NCBI GenBank assembly: GCA_002633005.1
Contig: NMRA01000320.1
Coordinates: 188,328 to 252,327 of the forward strand
Reading direction: 5' to 3'
Length of the DNA: 64,000 nucleotides
Source: Phoronis australis
Taxonomy: Eukaryota > Animalia > Phoronida
Made by a program: the position numbers and the translations under genes. The notes under the pieces were generated by a model. It did not search any database and had not been told where the DNA came from. It worked only from the letters and a program-made list of their open reading frames with translations. Each line of letters begins with the position of its first letter. Position 1 is the stretch's first letter. This document shows, in pieces, positions 24,442 through 38,545 of this stretch.

Positions 24442-26494
24442 GTTAGGAGACATGGAGTAGCTGCACAGAAAAAATGACAATAGGTACATCACTAAGTTGC
24501 AAAACTGATTTTGTGTCCAGGCACCGAGCATGACACGTGACACTTCCACTGAGGTGATGTCAGCAATATTTTGAGGATGCTGCTGTGACGGAAAATTTTA
24601 CAAAATCTTGGTGCATGCATTTCATAGACTGCACTATTAGTCACCAAATAGTCAACGTCAGATGAGACCATAGGCCATGATGAGGCTTCAACTACAGTAC
24701 GATGACAAATAAGTCAACTAAGAAAGAGATCAATGAATAATTACAATAATTATGTGTGATGGGCCAATGCTGACTATAATAGAAAAATAATTGATAGTCA
24801 AATACTTGACTACCTTCATCAAATATGGATTATGAACAGAGAAAATTCAATAGTTTCAGTGCCATTCCCGTACTGTACAAACTTTTGCTTTAACTGAAAG
24901 TTTCTTGAATAGATCAGCCACGTGTGAAACACGATGTTCTGAAGTTTTGCTAATTTTCACATTTTTCTAGTACTCTACATAACCTTAATCAAACCAAAAA
25001 ACACAGAAAAAAACACAAAAATGTAATTTTTTTAAAGCTAACCAATCTTTAGGAAGATATATCGCTTCGCTAAAATATCACGTCCGCAACGATCATGTCT
25101 GCAAAGCAATTTTTTACGTAGAAACCATTCAAAAGTTTGAGTATTCAAGGTGCAATTTATCTTTTTGTTAAATTAAGTGTCAATGGAAATTACCAAAACT
25201 ATCCTAGAGTTAACCAAAATGGGCAGGGAGAACAGACTATTGAGTTTGAAGTCAAACAAAAAAATCAGGTGATTTTGCATCATGTTCACAACAAAGTGAC
25301 AGTTGCAATTAAGTTTTTCAAGTAGTTAGTGTACTCAATCTTCTGTTCTCTCAGCTTTGAAAGCAACTTATGACCCGTTCACAACTACATCCTTTCCAGA
25401 GTAGGTCTGTGTTAATGTTGCAAGAGTTCAAATGCCACGTCTGTAACAAAACAAATACTGGGAAATTCGGCATTTGTAGAAAACATCGAAGTGAGTATCA
25501 ACCCTAATTCCTAACGAACAGTGAAGTGTGCGAGACGGCATCTTCTTTCTATTTTGGTGGACAACATCACTGATTGGAGCAGGTCTAATCAATACGAACA
25601 TCATAAAGATGGACAACCATACGGACATTACTCAATAATCAAGGCTAATTATTGACTTAGTTTAATACATTATCAATAGCCCTTCATATCATCAGATTGA
25701 ATAACACTTTCACCTGACCTTCAGCACCCTAATAGTCCAATCAACAAAATTCAGCAACATACCAAAATACCACAGGGCCTCTTAGTCTGCCATATTTACC
25801 CACAATGCTGTGTGCACCAGCAGGGCATCTTCCCACAGTTGTATACTGATGCTGTGTGTAATCACTTATTTGACATTCATTATTCCAATGAGTTAGTTCA
25901 ACCGTGCTGCACACTGAGTTGCAGTGCGAGTGCAGCAGTTTTATTAAATTAAAAATTGAGTTTTTTCACAAGAACCAAAATGGAAGACCCCCCCAGTTCA
26001 ACTGTCAACAAAAACCGAAATGTTCACTCCGCACCAATCAAACGACTGCACGGCATATCCTGTCAGAGAGACCATCCCACTCTCCAGCAATAGCTGGTGC
26101 CTCATCAAGCCATACCAACCACGCTATGAAAGAGGCCTCACTGTTATCATCAACAATCAGTGCTTTCCCACTAGAGGCAAAACATTGCTACAGTAAGTGG
26201 GAAAGGATAAACCCGTTAGTTAATCTGCAAGCGAAACTTCGCTGAAAATAGTAGGACTTTAAAAGCGAGGCTTTGGTACCCACCAGAACTTTGGTGTTGT
26301 GGAAAAGATCAGACAGGAAATAAAAGAGCACCTAATAAGGAACAAAAAACAGGAAACAATTAAATGGGGATATATTGAAACCCTTTAAATAGGCACCAGC
26401 AAATTAACGTATTAAACAATTTATTAGCCAGAACAAAAGCATGAAATGTACCGATTTCACAAATATAGACAGGATTTAGCAATAACACCAACAG

Positions 26495-27102
26495 CCCATC
26501 TTTCCGTGAGTTTTGGGAATTAATTCTTCAAAATACGAGAGCTTCCCACCTAAAGAGAATTTGGAGGGTTGGCAAAACCATTGTCACAATTCTCTGGCCC
26601 GATTATTTCGAATATATGTTTTATCTAGAGCACTGCAGACGGAAACTCAGCGCGGCAGACAGCATCGCTGAAAGCGAAGGTATTGATGTCGGTGGGGTTC
26701 TTAAACTTTGCAAACATGGGAAGAAAATAAAATGACAAAAACGTTCAAGTATTATATTTTGAAGTAAGTCCCTGACCCGGGACAATAATTCATTACTTGT
26801 ATTGTAATTCACATTGCCAAACCATCGTCCGGAGGCCCAGCGTCGTTGCGCTTGTTTTGATCCTAATCTGTATCTAAAAGTCGGGAATCGCGCGTTTTCT
26901 AACACTGGGCGCTAAATCTTCAATCTTAAAAAGTCGGGGATGGGCGCTTAACGGAGAGGTGGGCGCTTAAAACTGGAAATCTTGAAAAATCGCAGAGGGG
27001 CGGTTAACCTAGCAGTGGGCGGTTAAATCGAAAATCCACCTAAAGTAGGGGGTCCGCCCAGGGCAGTTAACTCAGCATGAGCATTAACCCGAATGTTTAC
27101 GG
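26495..27102 (-). mobile_element. Family B element, truncated inverted copy
   Basis: Reverse-complement match to 5342-5930. Ends TTAACCCGAATGTTTACGG-TA. Confidence 0.8.
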
Positions 27103-29269
27103 TAGTTTAGAACACAAAGTTCTCAACAAAAGTAACTTTTCAGGAAATTTCACTTCACTTCTGGTAAGGTTTGTATGACCAGGGCTCGACATAACGAGCT
27201 GCAGTTCGCATTTGCGACCTGAAAATTGGAAATTTGAGTTGAGATTTTTGTCAGTTCGTATCAAGTCGCAAAATGCGATCTGGAATTTCTAACATATGCG
27301 AGCTGAGCTTTTACACTTCTCGGCAAATACCTGACAAAAAAGCAACTCTTGTTAATCCGACCGTTGTATGGTTGTTGCCAAATCCAAGTTCAAAAGAACA
27401 CTAACTGAGAACACTATAACATCTACATTTACAACTTTTACAATTACAATGGGTTTTAAGCCCTTCAGACTAAGAGCTGTAACCTTTAAACCAGTTTAAA
27501 AGTTATACCTTGGTGTGAACAGGACATAACAGTCCAGTGAACTGAAACACATCAGCTGATACCAGACTGGGTTTTAATGGCAATGAAAACAATAGAGATC
27601 TTTGGAACACATGTTCACCAATTGAGCAACACAGCAACAAACAAATGTTATTCAACTATTCAGCAGGCTCAGACCAATAAACTTATAGGTCTGAAGCTCA
27701 AGTAATGCCCTTGCACTCAATGTAATAGTGTTTCAGTCCACAAATTACATAAATAATGAATGNCCCTTTTGTAGATATGGGGAGTTCAGGAACATCTGCA
27801 GGGGAGGCATGCCCCTGTTAAAATAATGGAGTGCCCCCTTGAGTACACAGTAGGCAAACCTCATGATGGACCACCAGCACAATAGCAACCAGCAGACAGT
27901 TTATTAGCTCAGTTTGAATGAAAGGGTGGTCTTGTCTAGGTTTGTATACAGTACATCAGCAAGATAATCCTGAACCCCATATTTTAATGTTGCTGCCATA
28001 AGCAAAAATGAATGCACTTTTGCCTTGTGTGCATTTCATAAGAGTCCACGCCTTTAGTCACACATCAGGCAGAATTTAAATGGTTTTATGCAAAATGATG
28101 CCCAAGACATAAAATCTCGGTTGTTGGCAGTTAGAAAATGTAGTTCTAAATAAAAACACCGAAGTTTTATTTTTTACGATTACTTTAGAATATACAAATC
28201 TTGCAACATGCATGGAATACATTCTAGGTCAGAACATCACATAAGATTTTTAAGCACAAGATCCTTTTGATTTACGGTAGAATTGTGATGCCAACCCAAC
28301 TTTGTTTGAATGGACACATGCAGTAAAAATTCTTAAGCTTGCGAGTCAATATGGACAACACGTGAAACTTCATTTTGTCCACTTTCTCAACAAAAAGAAT
28401 TTTTCAGGACAATTTACTTTGCTTTTAGCATGATAACAGTGGTATCAATAATGTGACCAAATTTTGTTTAATATAAATATACAAGAGAAAATCTTAACAA
28501 TTCTGTTTTCTAAAATACTTCATTTTCATTTTCTGCAACTTTTGATTTTTTCATGAAAATCATATTTTTGATAGCATCTCAGAGGAAATTGGAACACTAC
28601 AAAACATTCCGTAAGAGCATTTTTGAAGAACAATGCATAAAGCATACCATAGTATCCGAAAGTTTGATATGAATGCGATTAGCTATTTCAAAGTTAAATC
28701 GTCCCAAAGTAAGCCAAATTTGGGCATTATCTACTAGGGTACTAAATAACCTTTCACAAAGCACCATGTCACAGTTGATCTCATCCTTTAAAACTGACCT
28801 GATGTTGGTTTATCAATCAAGCGAAAAAGTGACCATATGACCACCAGGACGCCACTTGTTGGAATGACATGAAATCTCTGACTACATTTTAAATTGTACC
28901 CCCTAACACAACTAGGTCGACTTTATCATGCACTTTGTCAATGTAATGCGGTACAGAGCTGACCTGGCACTCTATCAAGTACATTTGGCACAGCACAGTT
29001 TCCATTACATGGCACAGCACAGTTTGCATGGAAGCTGAAAAGTGCAGATGTTGATGAAAACATCAATTCAAAATGAAATCTACAAAATTATTGAATTTTT
29101 AAAATCCCAGGCTTTTGAGAATGACAATGCTTTTGACTAAAAGATGAATAACAGGGGCTGAATAGAACAACTCATTATTTGGTGTAAAAAGTAGAAAGAT
29201 ATCTCAAAATTATTACTATGAGTCCTTAACTTCCTCTGAAACTCCAATAAATAAAAAATCAGTATAGAG

Positions 29270-29770
29270 AGTATTTCAAACTAACGTCGACGCGTCAATA
29301 GTTTGAGGAGTTGCAGTCAGTATGAACACTTAACTCTGGTCCTGAATCGAAGTTAACAGCTCCAGTTAACATCACAGTTAATAGGTGGATTTAACAGCGC
29401 AGCGTCGACGCTGCAGTGCAGTATGAACGGTTAACTTCGGTCCAATCGAAGTTATCGCCAGGTGCCGCTGTTATTGTCAACAAGTACAGGGTAGTGCCGG
29501 CACTAATAGCTGCTTATATTTTGCTCTAATAATAACCAATCAATTTAAAAATAAGTTTAATGTCAATTAGCACATGTAAATGTTTTCAAACTGTCACATT
29601 GAAAAAAACTTAGCGTGCAGCGCTACCTTGTGATAACTTCGATGATGACAGCATCACCACCGTTTACTTCGATGTTCATTAACTACCGAAGCCAGTATGA
29701 ACGGTCCAGTAACTGCGCTGTTTACGTCGATGCTCTGGTCAGACCAGAGTTAAGTCAATATGAAAGGGCC
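29270..29770. mobile_element. PIF/Harbinger-like MITE, family A copy 3
   Basis: Colinear with 2361-2864. The right TIR TGAAAGGGCC is followed by TTA; the left TIR is eroded. Confidence 0.85.
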
Positions 29771-32700
29771 TTAGTACACAGAAAAGTGGAACTTCATTTT
29801 GTTAAGTTTCTCAACAAAAATAATCAAAAAGATATTGATATTTGTGTTCAACTGTTACTACAGATTGCACTCGACACCTGTTTGCGAACAACATTTGGTA
29901 CATTCTTAGCAGCTTCGTCAATGTAATGAACTTTTGAAAATTTAAAATATAAACACTTTAGTGAGTATTTTTGCCTCCAGAACTGAAGACTTTTTAACAC
30001 GTTTTATGGGGCCATCAGACAGATAATGGTCAAGTAAAAATAACTAGGTCCAATCTGAAGTTGTATTTGGTATACAAAAATAAAATACAGTCTAAATGGA
30101 TATGTAACGACTCTTACCCACAAGGAGTACAGGTATCCTGCAGCATCGAGCACATTCATCAAGTCCCCCAGTATGACTGTAGCATGAGGTATTGAAATGC
30201 ACTTTCAGGAAGACCACATGAATTCCATGGCAACCATTACTCAGCACATCCCTTATTTACAGAAAGTGCATATTACACCTGTGTATTTATAACTAACTTG
30301 CACCAGCAATGAAGCTGGTAAAACAATTTAGTAGCAAGTCTAGACCGGAAGACACCTGTACAGCACAGGAAATGATCTGCCTGTTCAATTTTGCGTAGTC
30401 AATCATAAGTCACAGATACTTGTTTATCATTGGTTTCCACTATCAAAAGCCTCAAAGGAAGTGAAGGTGAATGACAATCAATGAATTGCAAACAGGTGGG
30501 CAAAGTTTTTGGACGCCATGAGCCCTAAGCTGACCCAATGCTTGCACTAGAAACGGAAATTCTTTCACTTGTGGAACGAAAACTGTGCCTTTGATCCCAT
30601 GATTTATGACCTCAAAATTTCATAATTCAACATCTCACCAAGCAATCACGTCAGTGGGCAACTTTCTGCTACGTCTTAAGCATACTGGCGAAACACTTCA
30701 CTTGGCCTCGAGTGACATCGATTTTCTCGCAAGAAACTTGGTCTACATACCGAATGCTAACCTGGCGTTCATTGAATGAGCTTTCGGTGTTGTAGTAGAC
30801 CACGATAAACATTAAGTTACTTTAATTTGCACTGTATTTCAAAGAGACTCACATTGTTAACTGTCTGGCTTGAGCCTAACATTTGAAGAGTTTCAAAAAA
30901 ATTCATCGTAAAACATAACATTTCACTTTATTGGCTATAAATCCTCTTCATGCGAACACAACACCACGCTACACTACAATGATCAAAGACTGATATTGCT
31001 ACATTTAAAGCTTTCTGAATTCCCTTTGAAGATGAGAATATTAATAGTTTGTAATATATTCAAGAGGTTTCAGACCTAAAACCTGTGTGGAATCAATCAC
31101 ATCTTGTCTGACTGCACTATTGTTGTTGTTGGCAAACCAATGAGGAAAGGGACAAATTAATGGAAATTGAGGGAGCACCAGCTGCATTCCCATTTATTTC
31201 AAAATCCCAGATAATTCATTACATACCATTCCTGTAGAGTGTAAAAACTAAGAAATTTCCACTATCACAATCTACTCTAGAATCAGGATGGATTAAATCT
31301 GTCAAGCAAGCCTTTTGTCTTGGTACACATTACAACTGTGGTTAAGATGGTCAGAGCTTAGTCACACAAAGAAATCAACAGGTGAAAGTTGAATCTTATT
31401 TCTCAGAAAGTCAACCGTTTTTCTCCATTAAAAATTTTTTTGGAGAAAGTATGTCATACAAAACACATCTGCTTCACGACATTTGTTGAAAGTCGTTTGC
31501 AACTAGTAATTTTATATATCGGTTAGCGTCATTATTGCTGAATTACGTGAGCATCTGAGCATCGGATGAAAGTAGACAATAATAGAGCAGGACTCCGTAA
31601 ACATTGATTTGCTACTGTCAAACTGGTAACGGACACCACTGTATCCCGACTGGTCAATATGTCAATCGGGATACTCATTCCACAGCACGGGTGCGTGACG
31701 TCAGGAAAAAATTCACAGGATTAATTCCACAAATGACCAGTGGGCCCCAAGCATTCGGGAACACCAGAAAGGTATGTCATTCCTATTGGCAGCTTGTGAT
31801 ACTACAATACCTTTTTGAATGTTTTGTCATTTAAAAACCATCCTATAATTGTAATGTTTGAAAGAAAGAATCGAGAGTGGGCGATGAAGAATATTTGTAC
31901 TGAATAGATGAAGGAAACATGCCATGTATTGAGCAGCGACTAACATGTATTGAGTGGGTGAGGATGACGTGCCATCAAGTAGCGAACAACAATGCATCCA
32001 CTGAGAAGATGAAGGAGGCATGCAATTTGTGTCGAGCAGCGATTCCACTCTTGCACGAAGTCATTAATTTCTGTCTCCTTGTGCACCTTCAGTAGGACCT
32101 TTATAAATGCACAACAGCACCTGACACCCAGTCAACTGCACAACTTCCTCATTTCGCTGAGAGGAGACCTTGATTTAGCAGTGCACCTCATTTTGGGGGC
32201 ACACAGAGGCCACATACCTCCCAGTACCTATCAATAACTGTTTCAGTGTCTGCTGACTCACTAACACAGTCATGAACCCTTTATTTTTAGCCAGTTCAAG
32301 TGACCCAATAAATAACTACTTTCTGTTTCAAGTAAACGCTTGATTGATATGCGCAGGGCAACAACACATTACGGACTTTTTCACACCAAAAATGACGGTT
32401 AATCTCATTTTGTAACCTAGCCAGTCGAGCACATTTAGATCTCTGTGAGTGAGTCAGTCAGTCAGGGAAGTGGCCAAGGGGGAAACATTTCATGGAAACA
32501 AATTGTATTCAAATGAATATGATTGTAATCAAATGAATATGATTACCACACTGCTGGTTCAAGTGATATATAAAAAAGATCCCGAGTGATAATTCCTGGC
32601 CATAGAAAGGTCTTACTTAATTTGGGTAAAATAACTTCTTAGAAACGATCGTATCAAAATACCATTATTGTATTAAAGCGGATAAAGAACTGTGCAAAGG

Positions 32701-35700
32701 CAATTTACCAAATACAATTACTGAACCAATGTCCTGTGGGAAAAAAGGAACTTGACGGAGCACTTAGCAACTGGAGGGTGCACTTAACACAAAACATGTG
32801 ACCTTGGCTTTGTCACTTGGTCGTCAGGTTTAGTTATCGAATAGCCTGTGTATTTCACCAAATAACTACAGCATGGTAATTCTTCACATATTTAAAATAA
32901 ATTATATCCCACAGGTGAAGATCAGATTTACTAAATTTCTCGTCTAAAGTAAAAGATTTAGGACATTTTAGTTCATTACAAGCAAGGTTTGTCACAAAAC
33001 AACATTAAATTTTACCATTATTTGCAAAAGAAAAATCAACCATTGGAAAATGGAAAAATTACCATTCTGGCAATAATTTACTTTTGCATAAAATAACTGG
33101 AAAGTAATCTTACTATGATTCAACGTAGTAAAGGGATAAGTTTTCTGAATGTAGAAAGCCTGTAATTTTTTACTTAATCAATCTGACATTTATTGGGTCA
33201 CATGCCATGTCTTTTTGGCACAAATTAGCAAAACAGAAAGGTGCGTTGAAAGTAATATAATATGACCAAATTCCAATTGATATAAATATGCAAGATGAAA
33301 TCTCAAAGTGCTGTTACAGTTTTCACTTTGTTTTTGTCTCATGTAAATTTTATTCTTTTCATGGAAATCAGAAAAGTCTTATTTTTGATAGTGCCCTCAT
33401 GCAAAAATGGAACATTTCAAAAACTGCATAAAACATAGTATCTGAAAATTTTCTATCACTCCGATCAGCCAAATCTGAGATACGACGTCGGAAATTAACC
33501 AATTTAGGATGTTTTTCTTGACTCCAACATAACCTTGTATCCACAACATGATTTGTTCCATTCTAATACAGAGCTCGATCAAAATGCACAACAATAAATG
33601 ATTTGTTCTATTCCAATACAGGGTTCGCTCAACCTAAATGTAAGGAATGTCACTGGCAGAAAATGTCGAGGATAAAAACTTGTTTTTTTGACCACAGGAA
33701 GTGAAGAGCATGGGAAAGTGGTTCCATAATTTTATAATTATTGTGGGAACTACGCACCAGTCACAATAAAATCATGCAACTATTGCCAAAACACATTTGA
33801 ATTTGAACTCTGACAACAAACAATATCAGGTGCACATTGCAGTTAACTGTTTAAAAACAGTTACATATCAAATTTCATGACTTGTACATGGTGGGGCTGC
33901 ACTACTGACCCCGAAGCTCAACCAACTAATGTCTTAAAAATGATGTCATAAATGGAAAACAATCACCCACACTCATTGATGGTGGGTTAACCGAAATCAC
34001 AAAGTAGTAATAGTAGTAATGTCTTGAAAATGATGTCATCAATAAAAAATGACCTACACACCAATTAAAGGAAGGATGAAGTGGAATCATAGAGCTGGAA
34101 TAAGGAACCTAATGCAGGATTGACCTGAAAACACCAGGGGCTCAATTGTGCAGCAACCAAGATAGATTAAATGAGGGAGAACATACAGGGAACACAGAAT
34201 GGTAGATAAGGCTGCAATTTGCAAAGGAGACAGAGATGAAGATTGTCACAGAGTTCTGCAGTGTTTTTGAAATTTTTAAATGCACTGACATAAAATAGCA
34301 CCTAAGACAGCACCGCAAATGGTACACTTCTTTAGGTGTTTACTAGTATTACAAAAATGGCCGCCTCCATAGGAGCATATCTGGCAATTTTCATGAAGAT
34401 CTTCCAGATTTTGGAGATACAAGTATATGACATATAAATATGCATAATCCTCTCTTGTGATGCTTTTTGCTATATACAATAGAGTAGTTTCAATCGAAAT
34501 ATCAACAATGACACAGAGTTCGGCAAAATGGTAACCAAAACATCAAATAGCTTTTGTTACAGAGACATCAAGACTTGCATTCCTACATGTGTTGTTGACC
34601 TTCCCTCAAAGGTGCAAAACAGAACTTATAATGAAGTAACTAACAACTTCGCATTCCATCATGCCAATCCATTGCTAAATGAGCGAAACCCTGAAAAATT
34701 CCCCTAACCTTAATTGAATTTCAAACTTCGAGAGCGCGTATTAATAGCATTCCCATGTATTTGAGAATCCCAGAAACTTTGCAGGAACCATTTTACAGCA
34801 ATTATTTCCACTAATCTGTTGTGCACGCAGCAATCAAAATCCCAGGAAGTTGGTAGCCCCTACCAGCAGGCCTCTAATGACAAGATTAGCTAATTGAATA
34901 ACAAAGTGTTGGTGGAAGACAGAATCCCAACAGAGTTGTGCCCCCCCCCCCTGTAAAAGGCAAATATTGTTCTAGTAAAATTTGCCTGAAAACAGGGATC
35001 AATCGAGCAATTTCCGCATGGGAATGACACTAACATATATGTATGTTGCCACTTCACATGAAACTTGTGCTGGCCAGCACACCATCTGGACATACCTGGA
35101 TGTCCTTTCATCTCTTCAATTCTAAACTTCCATTAGAGTCACAAACAAAGAAGAGCATAGCATATTGCATCAAACACTTAATTCCACCATGCCCAGTTCT
35201 CTGGAGAATTTTAAAAGACAGGCAAAAATAAGCCAACTGGCTTATACATATGTTAAATACATGTACTTTTGTGCAACATATCTTTGTTTCGTTTTATTCC
35301 ACACAACCACTAATTAATTACTACACATTGTATGCCCCCCCATATTATGTGCCCCCATATGAAACCCCTTTTATCCTCTCGACAAGTCACAGTGGACTGG
35401 TCTATTGACATCATCATTGGGCATTACCACACTAACCACAACCTGAGCAGCTGATTGGCTCAAGGAACGTCACCAATTAGAAACATCGTCGACATTAGGC
35501 ATCAATGTCGATTGATAATGCAATTACTAAGCAAAACAATCGTGTCAGGTAAAGGATCCTTCGAACTGAACAGAGGCGTAGATATCGTATAGCGGGGCAC
35601 TATCGATTCACTCACGACCCACGACGAATCAATTTTCGAAGTATTTGCACCCACCTAAAATGCCATACAACAGTTACGTTTCGTACTAAATCTGACAACG

Positions 35701-35710
35701 GCAAACTTAC

Positions 35711-35900
35711 CAAACTCTGTGGTGGAAAACAAATTTATTTTTCATGTATGATATGATAATCACTAACATTATCCTCGACAATAAATCACGGCGGCACTGG
35801 TCGGTAACATTTCATACGATTGTGACTAAGAAATGTCGTCAATTACTGTGTGTGTGAATGTACGTCTCGTTTTTATTGCAAAAAACATACGTGAAGATGA
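35711..35900 (-). other. Candidate non-coding first exon of the minus-strand receptor-like gene
   Basis: Donor TG|GTAAGT at 35710 at the edge of a locally CpG-richer 35.5-38 kb region. The upstream boundary and the link to the 12.5-kb exon are inferred only. Confidence 0.35.
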
Positions 35901-37699
35901 AAACCCTTGGCTGTTACTTGCCAAATGACGGTCACAACTTGTCTTGCATCAGAGTAATAAGTCGGCAAGAAATTCTCAAGCCCTCGTTTCTGGGACAGCA
36001 CGCGCGATCATATGTATGAGTCATCTGTCACTCACATGTTGCAGCCAATGTATCGCGTACTCCAGCGGTGGGAACTTAGAGGTGCACACCTCCCAAGTCG
36101 TACATCAAAAGAGAACGGCGGCAGTTCTAAATAAAATATTGCACCGGCTTGGCTCGATTAAGCGCAAGGCTTGGGTGTTGCATATACTCGATTGCATGTG
36201 ACCATTAGATAGCGCTGATTCAACTTTAGCCTTGTGACACATTCCTTGAAATCAACATCGCGAAAAGGTGTACTTACAAACCCCACATATGAACGTCGGG
36301 CAGTATGGCTTTGGGTACACTTTGGAGGCACGCACTGAAAAAAGTGTGAAGTCAGCATGTTGATGGGTTGTGCTATGACGGGGATGGCGTATTTCCCTGA
36401 CTTCAAAGTGTAAAATGAGTTGTGCAATTGGTCTTTCACATCGAACGACAGTTTAAATATTACAACCTATTCGTAACGCTAACTTTGTCTGTCTTTTTTA
36501 TTCAACAATATTTTGTTCCCACCTCAATCATTTAGACTTTCCTGCAGGTCTCAGTAATCGACGTGCAGCTAGCAGCGTTGGCTACAGGCTAAGTTTCATA
36601 CGCCTTGTGTAAATTGCCTTGGTCTTCAAATGAAGAATAATAGTGATAAAAGTGACGAATTTTGTCGTGTCAAGGCTGCGACATAACGTGTTTGTTTTGT
36701 ATGTCATTTTTCTATTTGGTATTTTGCCCGTACCTCAATAGCTTACACCTTCTTGACGGCCTGATGTTTGTGTCGACCTCAGACATTTACAATGCAAATT
36801 GACCAGTTGATCTATACTGTTTGTGTTAGAATCCAATCCAATGCATACTATTCAGGTGGCAAGTTAAACACGAGTGACTTCCCACACAATTTCAACTTAA
36901 AATTTGAATGTGCTGATGTCGCAGCGTATTCTCATAAAGTTATATTTTTCCTCATAGAAATCATGATGAAACCAAAAACAAAACCTGGTAGAAATAACTT
37001 GTAAATGTATTTAGAATTCCACGGGAAAATTTTGCTACATAATTTCCCCAATTTTTGACTGGAAGAAATAATGCCAGATTAATTTGAATTCTACCATATT
37101 AGCAATTTCGTTGATTGATTATACATTTTACTTACCAACAACAAACATCGCCACCGAGACGGTCCGTAGCGTGTTCCGTGACAATTGCACGGTTTCCCCC
37201 TTCTGTTTCACTTTACTCGGGATTCCTCTGGTTCGAATATATACGGCGCTAATCCATACAAATGTTGTTTCTACATTTCCTTAATCTTCCATTTCGCCTT
37301 ACATTTCATTGAACTCTTGCGCTGTAACGTCTGTCATTGGCAAGGTATTATGCTTTTCTGACCCAAGGGTGAAAAGTCTCGGGTCATTCTTTTGTATCAT
37401 GCTAGGCGTGAGCCTTTCGCTTTGTAAGATGTGTAACGCCGACGTACTCCCCGACATAATCCCGTAATTATGACGGAGCGACTATAAACAGATTAGTTCT
37501 CTGGTACAAGCATTCCGCCAGGATGTCGCCAAGGGTCCGACGAATCTCCATTCATTGCCAACCGTGTACCCCACTGCATGCAGGGACCTGTACTTTAATT
37601 GGTTCGTTCGACCCCGATGTCTTTGTGAATATTAAAGCGTCTGATGTTAGACTGAGAAAGTGGTCCCACCTAGAACGCGCTACTGACTTCTGCGACGCT

Positions 37700-38545
37700 A
37701 GACAATCAAGGCACAGTGACTTGTAGGACGTGGAAGTGTCGAGATAAGTGTCCTACAGTATTTGAACTTTGTTGTGTCTAACAGATGTAATTTTGAAAAT
37801 CTGTGATTTGAAATATGTACCCGTCACCGTAAGGTAAGTTTCCTGTGGCAACGGACTGTGCGGTACGCCTTGGGTTACACAGATGATGTCATTTGCGGCA
37901 GTTAGAACGAGCACCACCTAAAGTTTTTTCGGCGCTAAATGAGGTTCCTGATGGGGTCGCACGATAGTAATTGGCGTAATTATTTAATGTCAGGAGTAAA
38001 GGATGGGACGATATGTTTATGTCGATCAATGATACGTATATTTAACATGTTTAAAAATCATTTGGCCGTTATACAGGGTCTTTAAATCTTTCATATGAAC
38101 ACCGAATTCAGCTAACGCGAGAACAAGAAATATTCATAAACTCGAAAGTACAACAGCAAAACTTAACGAGGAGAGCAAAAATCTGTGTCATCAAAGGAAT
38201 TTGCCCACTTGATAAAACCCGGTGAGTACATTTCGAATGCACGGCTTCACTCAACAGCCTCAGAAATCAAAGCGTGGAAGAAAAAGAAGTTTTGATTAGA
38301 AAAGGAGAAAAGACGAATACAGTAGAACATGGACTTTTATAGTCGGTCAAATTGTGCCTACAAGAAGAAAGTTGACTTACTAGTTCAAGACATCCACCAC
38401 ATCTGTTATTGTCAATTTAACAATTGCTGGTTCACAGGAGAGTTTCTTATTACCTGGACAGACCAGTCATCAGTGAAGTGTAAATTGACAACCAAATCTG
38501 TACTTGTCAATCAATAATACTCTTCGATATTCCTCCAGTAGTTAG
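37700..38545 (+). ncRNA. Candidate spliced non-coding transcript (exon ending 37833; exons 38077-38221 and 38438-38545)
   Basis: Donors AAG|GTAAGT (37834), CG|GTGAGT (38222) and AG|GTAAGG (38546), each downstream exon having a CAG acceptor. No long ATG-initiated ORF runs across the junctions. Confidence 0.3.

Noticed and set aside
25428-25628. 66-aa minus ORF with hydrophobic N-terminus as the receptor's signal-peptide exon
   Set aside because: No suitable phase-1 donor. The 12384-12465 exon fits far better.
27763-27763. Third single-N gap
   Set aside because: No flanking duplication is visible, so it is only an assembly join.
34080-34265. Purine-rich stretch resembling a decayed LINE C-terminal CCHC region (ICKGDRDEDCHRVLQC)
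   Set aside because: Too degraded and short to support without a translated search.
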